A stretch of DNA of 64,000 nucleotides from an uncultured Candidatus Saccharibacteria bacterium (GCA_964361405.1 CAYIAA010000001.1:20917-84916), one strand, 5' to 3'. Positions 54,531-64,000 are shown, counted from the stretch's first letter. The notes: a model not told the origin generated them from the letters alone. Numbers and translations are program-made.

Positions 54531-55205
54531 GTGATTACGATCACAGGGGGGCATGTAGTGAGCGGACGACAGATCGCTGAACTTGCAGATGTACTGGTCA
54601 AACACCAGCATCATTTCGGTTCCATTTCGACCAGAGACCGCATATGGGTAATCAAGAACACCGAAACTGCTATCGGTCTATTTGCCGAAGCAGTGAAGGG
54701 ATGTGGAAAGGACGAAGTTTCTTATCAGAACAAGCTTCTCGAGTTCATGACGACAATTCACGTCGCCGCGACCGAGAGATTCAAGGCCTCGGAACACTTC
54801 AAGGAAAGTAACAACAGAAGGATGGTAGTACAGGTCCAGCTGCTCCGCGGCAGTTTTAGAAGGCATTTTCTCGGTAAGATCGAGCGTGCTTCGGAGGCCG
54901 CCGATATCAAGGTTCACAAGCTGCTCCAGTTGTCGAATCACATCTTGATCGTTGCCGAACCTATCTACAAGTGCGAGATCACGCTCGGTCAGTTCTTCTC
55001 GGTGCTTTCCCCGCAGGGAAATGGAGAAGCCGGGCCTCTTCTTACGAACGGCGCGGCAAATATCGCTTGTATCCGCGATGTCGAAGGCACCTTGTGGGCT
55101 GTGTGTGCAAACTGGAACTCCAACTATGGTGGTTGGGAAATCGGATCCCACTCAGTGGTGAACCCACAGGGGTGGCAGGCTGGTCTCCAACTTCTATCCC
55201 GCTGA
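54531..55205 (+). CDS. hypothetical protein (ORFan) inserted between the transketolase halves
   Basis: 224 aa; no motif recognised; chosen over the opposite-strand 157-aa ORF for better purine-first codon periodicity and an ATG start; strand is uncertain. Confidence 0.3.
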   Translation: MITITGGHVVSGRQIAELADVLVKHQHHFGSISTRDRIWVIKNTETAIGLFAEAVKGCGKDEVSYQNKLLEFMTTIHVAATERFKASEHFKESNNRRMVVQVQLLRGSFRRHFLGKIERASEAADIKVHKLLQLSNHILIVAEPIYKCEITLGQFFSVLSPQGNGEAGPLLTNGAANIACIRDVEGTLWAVCANWNSNYGGWEIGSHSVVNPQGWQAGLQLLSR

Positions 55206-55332
55206 TTCTTTGGTGCCCATAGGTCTTCGGGCTTGAGATTTGACCCTCTGAAACTTCGCGCAAGCGGAAGAGTAGGAGGGTCATTTTTTATACAGGACTT
55301 TCACTTTTTTATGCTAAACTTGTATCAAACGT

Positions 55333-56328
55333 ATGCTTGTAGAAGAGGCGAAGTTAAATCCAAAAGTTTTTGATGAAGATGTGGAACAAGAGCCGATTCG
55401 AAAGGGGTATGGCGAAGGTTTGCTTGAAGCAGGAAAAAAAGATACGCGGGTTGTAGCGCTTTGTGCCGATTTAACCGAATCCACACAGACACACCATTTT
55501 GCGAAAGCGTTCCCCGAGCGGTTTATTGAAATCGGCGTTGCCGAGCAGAATCTTGCGGCGGTAGCTTCCGGCATGGCCGCGATGGGAAAAATTCCTTTCA
55601 TCACGTCCTACGCAATGTTTTCTCCCGGGAGAAATTGGGAGCAGATTAGAACCACGATTTGTTACAACAACACTCCGGTAAAAATTGTTGGGTCACACGC
55701 CGGTATCTCCGTTGGTCCGGACGGCGGCACACATCAAGCGCTTGAAGATATCGCGATTACGCGCGTCATTCCTCGGATGATGGTACTCTCACCCTGCGAC
55801 GCTCTCGAGGCGAAGAAGGCGACGCTTGCGGCCGCAGGGCACCCGGGGCCCGTTTACTTGCGTCTCGCACGCGAGAAGACGCCAGTTATCACTACTCTCG
55901 AGACTCCTTTTGAAATCGGGAAAGCACAGGTTTTTTTCCAGTCTAAGAAAATCCCACCGAGAATTGGCATCATTGCGACGGGATCACTTGTCTACAACGC
56001 TTTGAAAGCGGCAAAAGGACTGGACTCCGAGGGCATTGGGGTCTCCGTACTCAATCTCGCGACCATTAAACCCCTTGATGGAGCCGGGATACTCGCGTTC
56101 GTAGAAGATATTGTTGGACTCGTTACCGTCGAAGAGCATCAGGTGAGTGGCGGCATGGGTTCTGCTGTGGCGGAACTTCTTGCAGAGCATTACCCACTCC
56201 CAATCCGCTTCATCGGCGTCCACGATCAGTTTGGACAATCCGGAGAACCTGCGGAGCTGGTCGAACACTATGAAATGGGAGTAGAATCAATCAAGGAAGT
56301 AGCTCGAACTTTCCTTTCTAAACGTTAA
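55333..56328 (+). CDS. transketolase, C-terminal (pyrimidine-binding plus C-terminal domain) subunit
   Basis: 331 aa; FIEIGVAEQNLAAVASGMA, ITSYAMF, GSHAGISVGPDGGTHQALEDIA blocks. Confidence 0.8.
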   Translation: MLVEEAKLNPKVFDEDVEQEPIRKGYGEGLLEAGKKDTRVVALCADLTESTQTHHFAKAFPERFIEIGVAEQNLAAVASGMAAMGKIPFITSYAMFSPGRNWEQIRTTICYNNTPVKIVGSHAGISVGPDGGTHQALEDIAITRVIPRMMVLSPCDALEAKKATLAAAGHPGPVYLRLAREKTPVITTLETPFEIGKAQVFFQSKKIPPRIGIIATGSLVYNALKAAKGLDSEGIGVSVLNLATIKPLDGAGILAFVEDIVGLVTVEEHQVSGGMGSAVAELLAEHYPLPIRFIGVHDQFGQSGEPAELVEHYEMGVESIKEVARTFLSKR

Positions 56329-56339
56329 ACAGTAAAACA

Positions 56340-57683
56340 ATGTCCCATTATTCATCACTTGCTCTATTGGGAATTTTTGCCGTCGGAGCCGGAGTTTTCG
56401 TATTTCATCATCGTGCTGAAGGACAGATAAATGGAGTTGAAACAAACAGTGTCAATACAAACACAGAAGAGCAAAGGATTACGACAAATAGTGTCGTGGA
56501 AGAATTCAAGCATATTTCCGAGACCATTCAATATACGGAAGAAGAAGGAAGAAAGGAAGAAGAGCGTTTACATACTGAAACAGAGAGTACTCTAAGAGAC
56601 TATGCGGAAAATGTGCGGGAGGCGATACAAAAATCAGCGACTTCGACTCCGATTTCTCCCGACGTTTTGGAGCAGTTTCGCGCACGGGAAGTAAAACTCC
56701 AAGAAGAACTTAAAGCAGTGGTGGAGCGAGAAAGCAGAAGACTCAATGAAGGGGTGAGGACCGATAATACAAGACTCCGGCAGGAAAGCAAAGACCGAAT
56801 CATTACGGAAACGCAATCAAGACTCCGCGAGTTCACTAATATCGCGCGCGAGCGTGCGCTTCAGGTGGAAAGAGCAACATACGAAGCGCGCGTAAAAGAT
56901 GCCGTAGCAAAGTTTGAGGAGCGGGCTGTCGCGAACGAAGTCATTCTCAAAGAGCGTGTCGGACTGAAGTTGTTCCGCGATACCGATAGAGATGGAATTT
57001 CTGATTACGACGAGGAAAACGTATACAAAACGGATCCGGAAAATTTCGATACCGACGGGGACAAGAGGAGCGACGGACTTGAGGTACAAGGAGGTTTTAA
57101 CCCAAGAGAAGAGCGTGTAGATGCGCGGATAGAGCATGAAGATCCGCGTGAGCGTGGTGTACGCGCAGAAGGTGTTTTCCGTGTTGAGAGTTTCGAAGTG
57201 ACGGAGGTGAAAGAGCTCCCGAACGGAAAGAAGGATGTGCGGAGTGCCATAGTGAGCGGCCGTGCCCTTCCGAACAGTTTCATCACAATTTATATCTATA
57301 GCACACCGGTCATAGTGACCGTAAAGACCGATAACAGTGGCAGGTGGACGTATACACTCGATAAAGAACTTGATGACGGTGCTCACGATATCTTTGTCGC
57401 CGTCACTGATTATTCGGGAAAAATTCTTGCGAAGAGCGAAGCGTTCCCGTTCGTGAAGGAAGCTGAAGCTATAACGCTCATTACGAACACGGCGAATGCC
57501 GCGACTCCCGATGCCCGGCCCAGAGTTACAGCGTTTCCGACGCTCATTGTGACGGGCGCAGTGATTGCCGTACTTGTACTCATGGGTATTATCGCTGTCG
57601 GGTACTTCGAAAGGAAGCGCGGCGGCGGGAGTGGCGATTTTCCACCCACAGCTTCCGGCGAAGGAGGAATAACTCCACAGTGA
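56340..57683 (+). CDS. membrane-anchored coiled-coil protein with thrombospondin-type-3-like Ca-binding repeats
   Basis: N-terminal TM helix, about 200-aa E/R-rich coiled coil, DTDRDGISDYDEEN...DTDGDKRSDGLE repeats, C-terminal TM helix plus Gly-rich tail. Confidence 0.5.
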   Translation: MSHYSSLALLGIFAVGAGVFVFHHRAEGQINGVETNSVNTNTEEQRITTNSVVEEFKHISETIQYTEEEGRKEEERLHTETESTLRDYAENVREAIQKSATSTPISPDVLEQFRAREVKLQEELKAVVERESRRLNEGVRTDNTRLRQESKDRIITETQSRLREFTNIARERALQVERATYEARVKDAVAKFEERAVANEVILKERVGLKLFRDTDRDGISDYDEENVYKTDPENFDTDGDKRSDGLEVQGGFNPREERVDARIEHEDPRERGVRAEGVFRVESFEVTEVKELPNGKKDVRSAIVSGRALPNSFITIYIYSTPVIVTVKTDNSGRWTYTLDKELDDGAHDIFVAVTDYSGKILAKSEAFPFVKEAEAITLITNTANAATPDARPRVTAFPTLIVTGAVIAVLVLMGIIAVGYFERKRGGGSGDFPPTASGEGGITPQ

Positions 57684-57686
57684 AGA

Positions 57687-59060
57687 ATGAAGGGTGATTT
57701 TTTCATTGCGAATTTAACGAGGGGAATTACGTTTGTTAGGCGGAATCCACAAGCGCTCTATTCGCTTATCGTTCTTATTATCATCGTCTCTGCGTTCATT
57801 TTTATGGCGCAGCGATTTGTTTCAGTGACGCTCGAGACGAAAGAGCGTCTGCAGGACGTACGAACCGGAGCTATTCATGATACCTTCGTTCAGTTTGCGC
57901 CCGAAAAACTTACAGATACGGTATTTATCACAAAAGTCGTGAAGCGGATTGCCGCAATGAACCCTTCAATTACAGAGTTCAGAGCGTCCTCTTTTGACGG
58001 TGATACATTCACGGTGATTGCCTCACTCAATGAGAACGAAGTGGGGAAAGTGGATGAAGAAAACGGACAAAAGCTCTATCAGCTTTCAAGTGTTGATGTG
58101 ACGACATCGTACACGATTGCGGAGATTGATTCAAAAGGACGTTCAGCGAAGACCGCGCGGGCACTCGTCGGTGAATCAGGGCGCGTCGTTGGTATGGTGA
58201 TGACGCGTGAGTCGCGGGCGGAGGCGGACCGCGTTGTCGAGGAAGAAATCAGAAAATCAATCCTCATACTTTCTGTTATTGTTGCGCTCATCGTGCTTCT
58301 TTTTGTTCGCTATGCGCGTATCATCGATTACTCCGCTCTCTACCGCGAGCTCAAAAATATTGACGAAATGAAAAATGACTTTATTTCGATGGCATCGCAC
58401 GAGCTTCGCGCTCCACTCACCATCATTCGCGGATACGCCGACATACTTTCGGCTGCGCCCGGACTCTCCTCGAAAGAAAGAGAAGCGGTTGGGAACATTG
58501 ACCATGGAGTGAAACAGCTCGACCTTTTAGTTACTGACATGCTCGATGTCGCCCGATTTGAACAAGGGAGAATGAGTTTTGACATGAAGTTAATGGATCC
58601 CGCGCCTCTTCTCGAAGAAGTCGTTCAGTCCTTCAAACAACAAGCTGGGTTGCATGAGCTCGGACTTACCTCGGTGATTAAGGGAGCGGGGGAAGTGATT
58701 GTGGACCATGACCGACTCCGTCAGGTTTTCGTCAACTTAATCGGAAATGCGGTTAAGTATTCAAAAAAAGGCGAGATTAAAGTATCTCTCCATGGAGAAC
58801 AAGGCAGACTTCAAATCCAGGTGAGTGATACAGGGTCCGGAATTTCAAGTGAAGACCAAGCCCGACTGTTTCAGAAGTTTTTCCGCGTGAAGTCGGAGGA
58901 TACAAGGGGAGTAAGCGGCACGGGACTCGGACTCTGGATTTCAAAGCAAATTGTCGAGAATATGAAAGGGAGATTAACTGTTGAATCCATCAAGGGAGTG
59001 GGGTCGCATTTCATCGTATCTTTTCCTCTCGTGGCCCGATCAGTCGCGAAAGTTACATAA
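57687..59060 (+). CDS. sensor histidine kinase
   Basis: Two TM helices flanking a ~150-aa extracytoplasmic domain; H-box MASHELRAPLT; N, G1 and G2 boxes (NLIGNAVKYS, DTGSGI, GTGLGL). Confidence 0.8.
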   Translation: MKGDFFIANLTRGITFVRRNPQALYSLIVLIIIVSAFIFMAQRFVSVTLETKERLQDVRTGAIHDTFVQFAPEKLTDTVFITKVVKRIAAMNPSITEFRASSFDGDTFTVIASLNENEVGKVDEENGQKLYQLSSVDVTTSYTIAEIDSKGRSAKTARALVGESGRVVGMVMTRESRAEADRVVEEEIRKSILILSVIVALIVLLFVRYARIIDYSALYRELKNIDEMKNDFISMASHELRAPLTIIRGYADILSAAPGLSSKEREAVGNIDHGVKQLDLLVTDMLDVARFEQGRMSFDMKLMDPAPLLEEVVQSFKQQAGLHELGLTSVIKGAGEVIVDHDRLRQVFVNLIGNAVKYSKKGEIKVSLHGEQGRLQIQVSDTGSGISSEDQARLFQKFFRVKSEDTRGVSGTGLGLWISKQIVENMKGRLTVESIKGVGSHFIVSFPLVARSVAKVT

Positions 59061-59096
59061 AAAGAGATTTTGCAGCGCTCAACCTCTCTAGTGAAA

Positions 59097-60089
59097 CTAG
59101 GAGATTTTTTTCGGCGTGTAGTCTGCTGGAGCTTGCAGAAGGTAGTGCTCAATTTCAGACACAGTGAGGAGACCTGCCTGCGCGCCAATTTTCTGAACGA
59201 CGGACATGGAGTTTATCGGCGCCCAACGGAGGGCTTCATCGATAGTTTTTCCCATGGCGAGTGCTGACACTATGGTCGAAGAAAATGCATCGCCAGCCCC
59301 GGTCCTTTCATAGGGCGGTTTAGGGTCCGGGTAGGACGACATATACCACATATCACTTTCATGATACGCGTAAGCGCCTTTTACGCCGTCGGTGATGATA
59401 ACCATCTTCGGTCCGAGTTCTCGGATTCCTTTGAGAAGCACTTTGATATCAAGGTCTTCACGTTTTAGAATTCGTCTTGCTTCGTCAGTATTACAGAAAA
59501 ATATGTCCGTGTGAGTATAGATTCCCGCGAGCCTTTCTGTCCCAAGCTTCATCTGGTACGTTCCCGGTTGGAAGGCGAGTTGAGTTTCCGGGTGGGCATC
59601 AAGATACGGTGGAATGATGTCGTAGAGAGGAGATGCCTCTTCTCCCATTGAGGAAAGGTACATCCACCGCGGTGAGCCGACATCGGGAAGCGTGTAGGCA
59701 AAGGACTCGTGCTTGATGAGAATCGTTCGTTCATCTTCGTACCAAAGAACGTAGTGGTAATTCGTGTGTTTTCCAGCTTGAGTCGAAATGAAATTGGTAG
59801 AGACGCCGCTACTCTGAAGTGATGCGAGACATTCTTTTCCATTGTCATCGTCACCGATATTCCCGACAAGAGCGGTTTTGAGACCGAGACGTGCCCCCGC
59901 GACAGCGGCATTCGCACTATTACCCACCGCACGGACAATTTCTACGAACTCATACGGGACTTTATCGCCGAAACGCAGTGACAGCATACAGTGCTCACGA
60001 TTTATGTCGCAGTTGACCGACGCATCCTTTAACCGAATGAATGCATCGGTTGTGGTGTCGCCGATTGCGATGATGTCAAAGTTTTCCAT
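59097..60089 (-). CDS. PfkB-family carbohydrate kinase (ribokinase/tagatose-6-P/fructose-P kinase-like)
   Basis: 330 aa; N-terminal GG-loop, C-terminal TGAGDAF catalytic motif. Confidence 0.8.
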   Translation of the reverse strand: MENFDIIAIGDTTTDAFIRLKDASVNCDINREHCMLSLRFGDKVPYEFVEIVRAVGNSANAAVAGARLGLKTALVGNIGDDDNGKECLASLQSSGVSTNFISTQAGKHTNYHYVLWYEDERTILIKHESFAYTLPDVGSPRWMYLSSMGEEASPLYDIIPPYLDAHPETQLAFQPGTYQMKLGTERLAGIYTHTDIFFCNTDEARRILKREDLDIKVLLKGIRELGPKMVIITDGVKGAYAYHESDMWYMSSYPDPKPPYERTGAGDAFSSTIVSALAMGKTIDEALRWAPINSMSVVQKIGAQAGLLTVSEIEHYLLQAPADYTPKKIS

Positions 60090-60091
60090 AC

Positions 60092-60928
60092 CTAACTTGT
60101 AAGCATTATTTTTTTAATGATACGGAACCGATCGGGGAGCGTTTCTCTAAGGAATGCTTCTTGTTCCGAACCTCGGAGGGCACATGCTTCTTGCCACAGC
60201 GCGCGACCTGCAAGGAATCCTTGTGCACCCCCCCGGGCCACCTCGGTGAGTTGTTTTTGAAATATATCGAAAGATTCACCGCGAGTAAGAAGAATCCATG
60301 GCCGTTCCCCCAAAAGATTTGTTATGTCACCTATAATCGTTCCCTCGCCTGGATATTCCAGTTTAAAGACATCAGGGAAAATTCCTCTCTCGAGAAATGT
60401 CTCAAGAATCTTAAATATCATCGTTCCGCGCTCATAGGATTTTCCGGCCGGGTCGTAGGTAACGATCTCGACGAAAGAGGGGAGATCTTCCTCTTTTGCA
60501 TCTGCGCACACCTTCGCCGCTGTCGCTAGTTGATGCTCGAAACTGGGAACTACTATGTTCATATAGAGAAGGAGTTTTATGCCGCTTGCACCCATAGATT
60601 TCACTTCTTGAGCTGAATGTTCAAGTGTGGTGATACGTTCACCGGACTCTCCTGTGTATCCCGATCGTTCTACCGGGAGTAAGAATGGTTTTGAACGGCT
60701 CTCGTAGGCACCGAGGCCAAGCTCGGGGTCTATGAGAATACCGCTTGTTTCACCCTCTACTGCCCGAATGATATCGCGCTTTAGCCGAGTGGCCTCCTCG
60801 TTAGATACGGTAGACGGATTCTCTGGATTAATGAGTTTTTTAAAGCTTTCTCGGTGGTCAAGCGCCAGCATAAGAAATTTCCCATGCTCGGTGAAAATCT
60901 TAGTATCCATTTGGAAAAAGTATATCAT
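60092..60928 (-). CDS. class I aldolase, DeoC/LacD (tagatose/fructose-bisphosphate aldolase) family
   Basis: 278 aa; FLMLALDHRES resembles the LacD/DhnA-type N-terminal block; Schiff-base Lys candidates lie in the LLLYMN / FKLEYPG regions. Confidence 0.55.
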   Translation of the reverse strand: MIYFFQMDTKIFTEHGKFLMLALDHRESFKKLINPENPSTVSNEEATRLKRDIIRAVEGETSGILIDPELGLGAYESRSKPFLLPVERSGYTGESGERITTLEHSAQEVKSMGASGIKLLLYMNIVVPSFEHQLATAAKVCADAKEEDLPSFVEIVTYDPAGKSYERGTMIFKILETFLERGIFPDVFKLEYPGEGTIIGDITNLLGERPWILLTRGESFDIFQKQLTEVARGGAQGFLAGRALWQEACALRGSEQEAFLRETLPDRFRIIKKIMLTS

Positions 60929-60968
60929 ACCCGCTCTACTACTCGTGTTATACTATGCTTCATTCACC

Positions 60969-62609
60969 ATGCTTAAAGGGGAGATTAAGAAATTTTTTTC
61001 CGGAGATGTCCTCGACGACGAGGAAACGCTTTCGCGTTACAGCCGTGACGCAAGTCTCCTCGTAGTCCGTCCGGCGTGCGTGGTATTTCCGAAAAGCGTG
61101 GACGATATCACAAAACTCGTCAGATTTGTGCGCTCCCGGAAACACAATGATCCAACAATTTCGATCACTGCCCGCTCTGGAGGCACGGACATGAGTGGCG
61201 GACCCCTGAATGAATCCATAATTCTCGATGTGAGCAAGCATCTCTCCGGTACACCAGAAATCAAGGATAACACTGCGACCGTTCTTCCTGGTACATTTTA
61301 CAGAGATTTTGAAAAGGCAACGGCAAAAAAAGATATCATGCTCCCTTCATATACGGCCTCAAAGGAGATCTGTACTCTCGGTGGAATGGTGTCCAATAAT
61401 TCCGGAGGAGAGAAGACCCTTCGCTACGGAAAAACCGCTGACTATGTAACAGAGCTTGATGTCGTTCTCTCCGACGGAAATGTATATACAATCCGTCCGC
61501 TCGAAGGCGCCGAGCTTCATGAAAAACTTTCGCAGAACGATTTTGAGGGCGAGCTGTATCGAAAGATGCACTCCCTTGTTACGGGGAACGCCGAGCTCAT
61601 TGAAGGAGCACGGCCGAATGTAACGAAAAACTCTGCGGGTTATGCGCTCTGGGATATTTTTGACGGACACATATTCGATCTCACCAGGCTTTTCTCCGGA
61701 TCCCAGGGGACCTTGGGTATCGTGACGAAGATTACGGTTCGTCTCGTTCCTATTCCGCACCACTCACGTCTTCTGGTGATTTTTCTCAAAGATCTCGCGC
61801 CGCTTTCGGATATTGTCAATAAAGTTCTCCCATTTCAACCAGAGAGTCTTGAATCCTACGATGACCATACACTCCGTCTCGCCATCCGTTTTTTTCCAGA
61901 TCTTTTGAAGACGATGAAGGTTGTCAATTTACTCTCGCTCGTGGTTGCGTTTATTCCGGAATTCTTTATGGTTCTCCGCGGTGGACTCCCGAAATTGGTA
62001 CTCCTTGCGGAGTTCTCGGCTCGTTCGGAGGCGGAGGTGGAAGAGAGGGTTCAGGGCGCCTCTCTCGGACTCTCTCATATCGGATTTAAAACCCGCATCA
62101 TCAGATCGAAAACCGAAGCGAAGAAATACTGGACCATCAGGCGGGAGAGTTTTAATCTTCTCCGAAAGCATGTGCATGGCAAGCGCACGGCGCCTTTCAT
62201 CGACGACGTCGTAGTTCGTCCAGAATACCTTCCAAAGTTTCTTCCGGAGCTTATAAAACTTCTCGAAGAATATAAACTTCTCTACACGATCGCTGGGCAC
62301 GCCGGGGACGGTAACTTTCACGTTATTCCGCTCATGGACATGACGGATCCGCATAACGCAAAGATTATTCCCGAGCTCTCCGATAAGGTGTACAATCTTG
62401 TTCTCCGCTACCGTGGAAGTATCACCGCCGAGCACAATGACGGTATCATCAGAACTCCGTATCTTAAGAAAATGTTTGGGCGGGAGGTTGTACACCTTTT
62501 CCAGGAGGTGAAACGGATTTTTGATCCCGAGAATATCTTTAATCCGGGGAAAAAAGTCGGCGGAAGCCTCGAATATATCATCTCCCACCTCTCTCGGTTC
62601 CCTGGTTGA
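60969..62609 (+). CDS. FAD-binding oxidoreductase (GlcD/D-lactate dehydrogenase/ADPS-like, PCMH FAD domain)
   Basis: Start moved to 60969 (a TATACT -10-like element sits just upstream, and the track ORF overlaps the divergent gene); SGGTDMSGG FAD motif; C-terminal HAGDGNFH...EHNDG oxidase blocks. Confidence 0.65.
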   Translation: MLKGEIKKFFSGDVLDDEETLSRYSRDASLLVVRPACVVFPKSVDDITKLVRFVRSRKHNDPTISITARSGGTDMSGGPLNESIILDVSKHLSGTPEIKDNTATVLPGTFYRDFEKATAKKDIMLPSYTASKEICTLGGMVSNNSGGEKTLRYGKTADYVTELDVVLSDGNVYTIRPLEGAELHEKLSQNDFEGELYRKMHSLVTGNAELIEGARPNVTKNSAGYALWDIFDGHIFDLTRLFSGSQGTLGIVTKITVRLVPIPHHSRLLVIFLKDLAPLSDIVNKVLPFQPESLESYDDHTLRLAIRFFPDLLKTMKVVNLLSLVVAFIPEFFMVLRGGLPKLVLLAEFSARSEAEVEERVQGASLGLSHIGFKTRIIRSKTEAKKYWTIRRESFNLLRKHVHGKRTAPFIDDVVVRPEYLPKFLPELIKLLEEYKLLYTIAGHAGDGNFHVIPLMDMTDPHNAKIIPELSDKVYNLVLRYRGSITAEHNDGIIRTPYLKKMFGREVVHLFQEVKRIFDPENIFNPGKKVGGSLEYIISHLSRFPG

Positions 62610-62641
62610 ACACTAGCCTCAAGTCGGGTATACTTCTTTCC

Positions 62642-63346
62642 ATGGTAGCAATTGAGGCGCAAAAACGCGCCATTTTTGGGAAAAAGTTGAAGAATTTGCG
62701 ATTGCAAGGGAAAATCCCGGCTGTTATGTATGGCCCGAAGGAGGAAGCGGTAGCCATCCTCGTTGATCAAAAAGAATTCAAAAAGGTTTTAAGCGAAGCT
62801 GGTGAATCGTCTGTAGTGACACTGCGTCTCGGTGAGGATGAGCGCGAGGCGCTTATCTATGAGGTGGGATTAAACCCCATGACTGACGAGCCGATTCACG
62901 CCGACTTTTACATATTCGAGAAAGGCAAATTAATTCGTACGCATGTTCAGCTTGAATTCACCGGCGTTGCGCCTGGCGTACGCGAGCAGGGAGGCACGCT
63001 CGTTAAAATTATGCATGAACTTGAAGTCGAAGCTCTGCCAAAGGATTTACCTAAAGCTATTTTGGTACCGCTTGAATTACTCACGAAGATTGGAAGCCAG
63101 ATTGCAGTTCGTGACCTCAAGGTTGGAGGGGGTGTCAGGGTACTTGCTCCGGAAACGGAAATCATTGCTTCGGTTGCCGCTCCACGTGAAGAAAAAGTAG
63201 AGGAGGAACCAGCGGCGATTGATCTTACAAAAATAGAGGTTGAAAAGAAAGGCAAGAAACTTGAAGAAGGGGAGGAAATAGGAACTGCGGAAGCAAAAGG
63301 AGGAGAGAAAACTGGAGAGAAGGGAGAAAAGAAAGGCGCGAAATAA
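62642..63346 (+). CDS. rplY: 50S ribosomal protein bL25 (Ctc form)
   Basis: N-terminus MVAIEAQKRAIFGKKLKNLRLQGKIPAVMYG; acidic/lysine-rich C-terminal extension. Confidence 0.8.
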   Translation: MVAIEAQKRAIFGKKLKNLRLQGKIPAVMYGPKEEAVAILVDQKEFKKVLSEAGESSVVTLRLGEDEREALIYEVGLNPMTDEPIHADFYIFEKGKLIRTHVQLEFTGVAPGVREQGGTLVKIMHELEVEALPKDLPKAILVPLELLTKIGSQIAVRDLKVGGGVRVLAPETEIIASVAAPREEKVEEEPAAIDLTKIEVEKKGKKLEEGEEIGTAEAKGGEKTGEKGEKKGAK

Positions 63347-63357
63347 AGAGGGAGGTT

Positions 63358-64000
63358 ATGTTTCCCACGCGTGATATTCTCGACTCTGGAAAGGGGACAG
63401 CATCTCGCCTCTTCTCTTTCCATATTTTCGTATTTTTTTCCTCACTACTCATCATCCTTGTTCTCGGAGTATCTCTTCCGAGTTTTGCCCAAGTGCCCAC
63501 GGGCGCTGACGTGGACGCTCGGAAAGCTGCACTCGAAGCGGACCTCTTAGCCCTCGAGAAACAAATAGAAGCCCAACGTGAGCTTCTCGGTGCAAAGCAA
63601 CGTGAAGGTGTATCTCTCGAGCGCGATGTCGCGATTTTGAATGTTCAAATCAATAAAGCGAAACTCGAAATCAAAGCGAGAAATCTTGTCGTCGATCGAC
63701 TTGGAGGGGAAATCAATACACGAGGGGACAAGATTGACAATCTAAACGCAAAGATTGACCGTGAGCGACAGTCACTCGCCCAACTCATTCGAAAGACACG
63801 CCAACTCGAATCTGCGTCCCTCGTTGAAATCGTTCTCGCAAATAAAGATCTTTCAGATCTCTTGGTTGATCTCGATTCGTTCGAGTTCATTCAAGCCGCG
63901 ATGCAGGAATCATTTGTGGAACTCCGTGACATCCGTACGGCAACAGAAGAGGAAAAGAAAGTACTTGAAGAAAAAAGGCTTGATGAAGTCGAACTCCGGA
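63358..64000 (+). CDS. partial CDS (runs off the window): membrane-anchored coiled-coil protein, likely the N-terminus of an EnvC/M23-type peptidoglycan hydrolase or activator
   Basis: TM helix SSLLIILVLGV followed by heptad-rich coiled coil (LEADLLALEKQIEAQRELLGAKQRE...); no stop before position 64000. Confidence 0.4.
   Translation, partial: MFPTRDILDSGKGTASRLFSFHIFVFFSSLLIILVLGVSLPSFAQVPTGADVDARKAALEADLLALEKQIEAQRELLGAKQREGVSLERDVAILNVQINKAKLEIKARNLVVDRLGGEINTRGDKIDNLNAKIDRERQSLAQLIRKTRQLESASLVEIVLANKDLSDLLVDLDSFEFIQAAMQESFVELRDIRTATEEEKKVLEEKRLDEVELR

Noticed and set aside
54678-55151. 157-aa minus-strand ORF in the transketolase-interrupting insertion
   Set aside because: It has only a GTG start and weaker purine-first codon periodicity than the overlapping + strand ORF. 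It is kept as an alternative, because the coding strand of this ORFan region is genuinely uncertain.
1-64000. CRISPR array, rRNA genes, integrase/transposase/IS elements
   Set aside because: No regularly spaced short direct repeats, no rRNA-like conserved stretches and no DDE or tyrosine-recombinase motifs were seen on either strand. The only tandem repeats are the 10-bp pair at 6637 and the 39-bp coding repeat at 42016.

Overview
This 64 kb window is bacterial, with about 48% GC and densely packed genes, most of them on the + strand. Its content (split transketolase, GatB, SecA, MurB, minimal sugar-phosphate metabolism) is consistent with a small-genome, Patescibacteria/CPR-like organism. 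That taxonomic placement is inference only.

Positions 55–34641 form a large cell-envelope glycopolymer biosynthesis island. It encodes a sugar epimerase, GT1 glycosyltransferases, three TagF/capsule-like GT-B transferases, two AsnB-type amidotransferases, a PLP-dependent aminotransferase, five or six SAM-dependent methyltransferases, a NodU/CmcH carbamoyltransferase with small membrane partners, NeuC-like and NeuA-like nonulosonic-acid enzymes, a D-2-hydroxyacid dehydrogenase, a sulfotransferase, a polysaccharide deacetylase, an MsbA-like ABC exporter and an O-antigen-ligase/TPR protein.

Two parts of the island look unusual. The first is a pyruvate-kinase-like domain fused to ATP sulfurylase, adjacent to a sulfotransferase, with no recognisable APS kinase in the window. 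The second is a LicC-like cytidylyltransferase fused to a MOFRL glycerate-2-kinase, two genes upstream of a CDP-alcohol phosphotransferase, which suggests a CDP-activated phosphoglycerate-type head group.

The rest of the window holds housekeeping genes: secA, murB, nth, a MutY-like glycosylase, NDH-2, gatB, gap, rpiB, rpe, a split transketolase, a PfkB kinase with a LacD-type aldolase, an FAD oxidase and bL25. It also holds a tRNA-Pro(GGG) followed by a duplicated copy of its 3' end (att-like), an AT-rich NYN segment, an ~850 bp high-GC insertion carrying an immunity-like gene, a 1 kb ORFan insertion that separates the two transketolase halves, a giant multidomain surface protein and an orphan histidine kinase. 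No CRISPR array, rRNA, integrase or transposase was seen.
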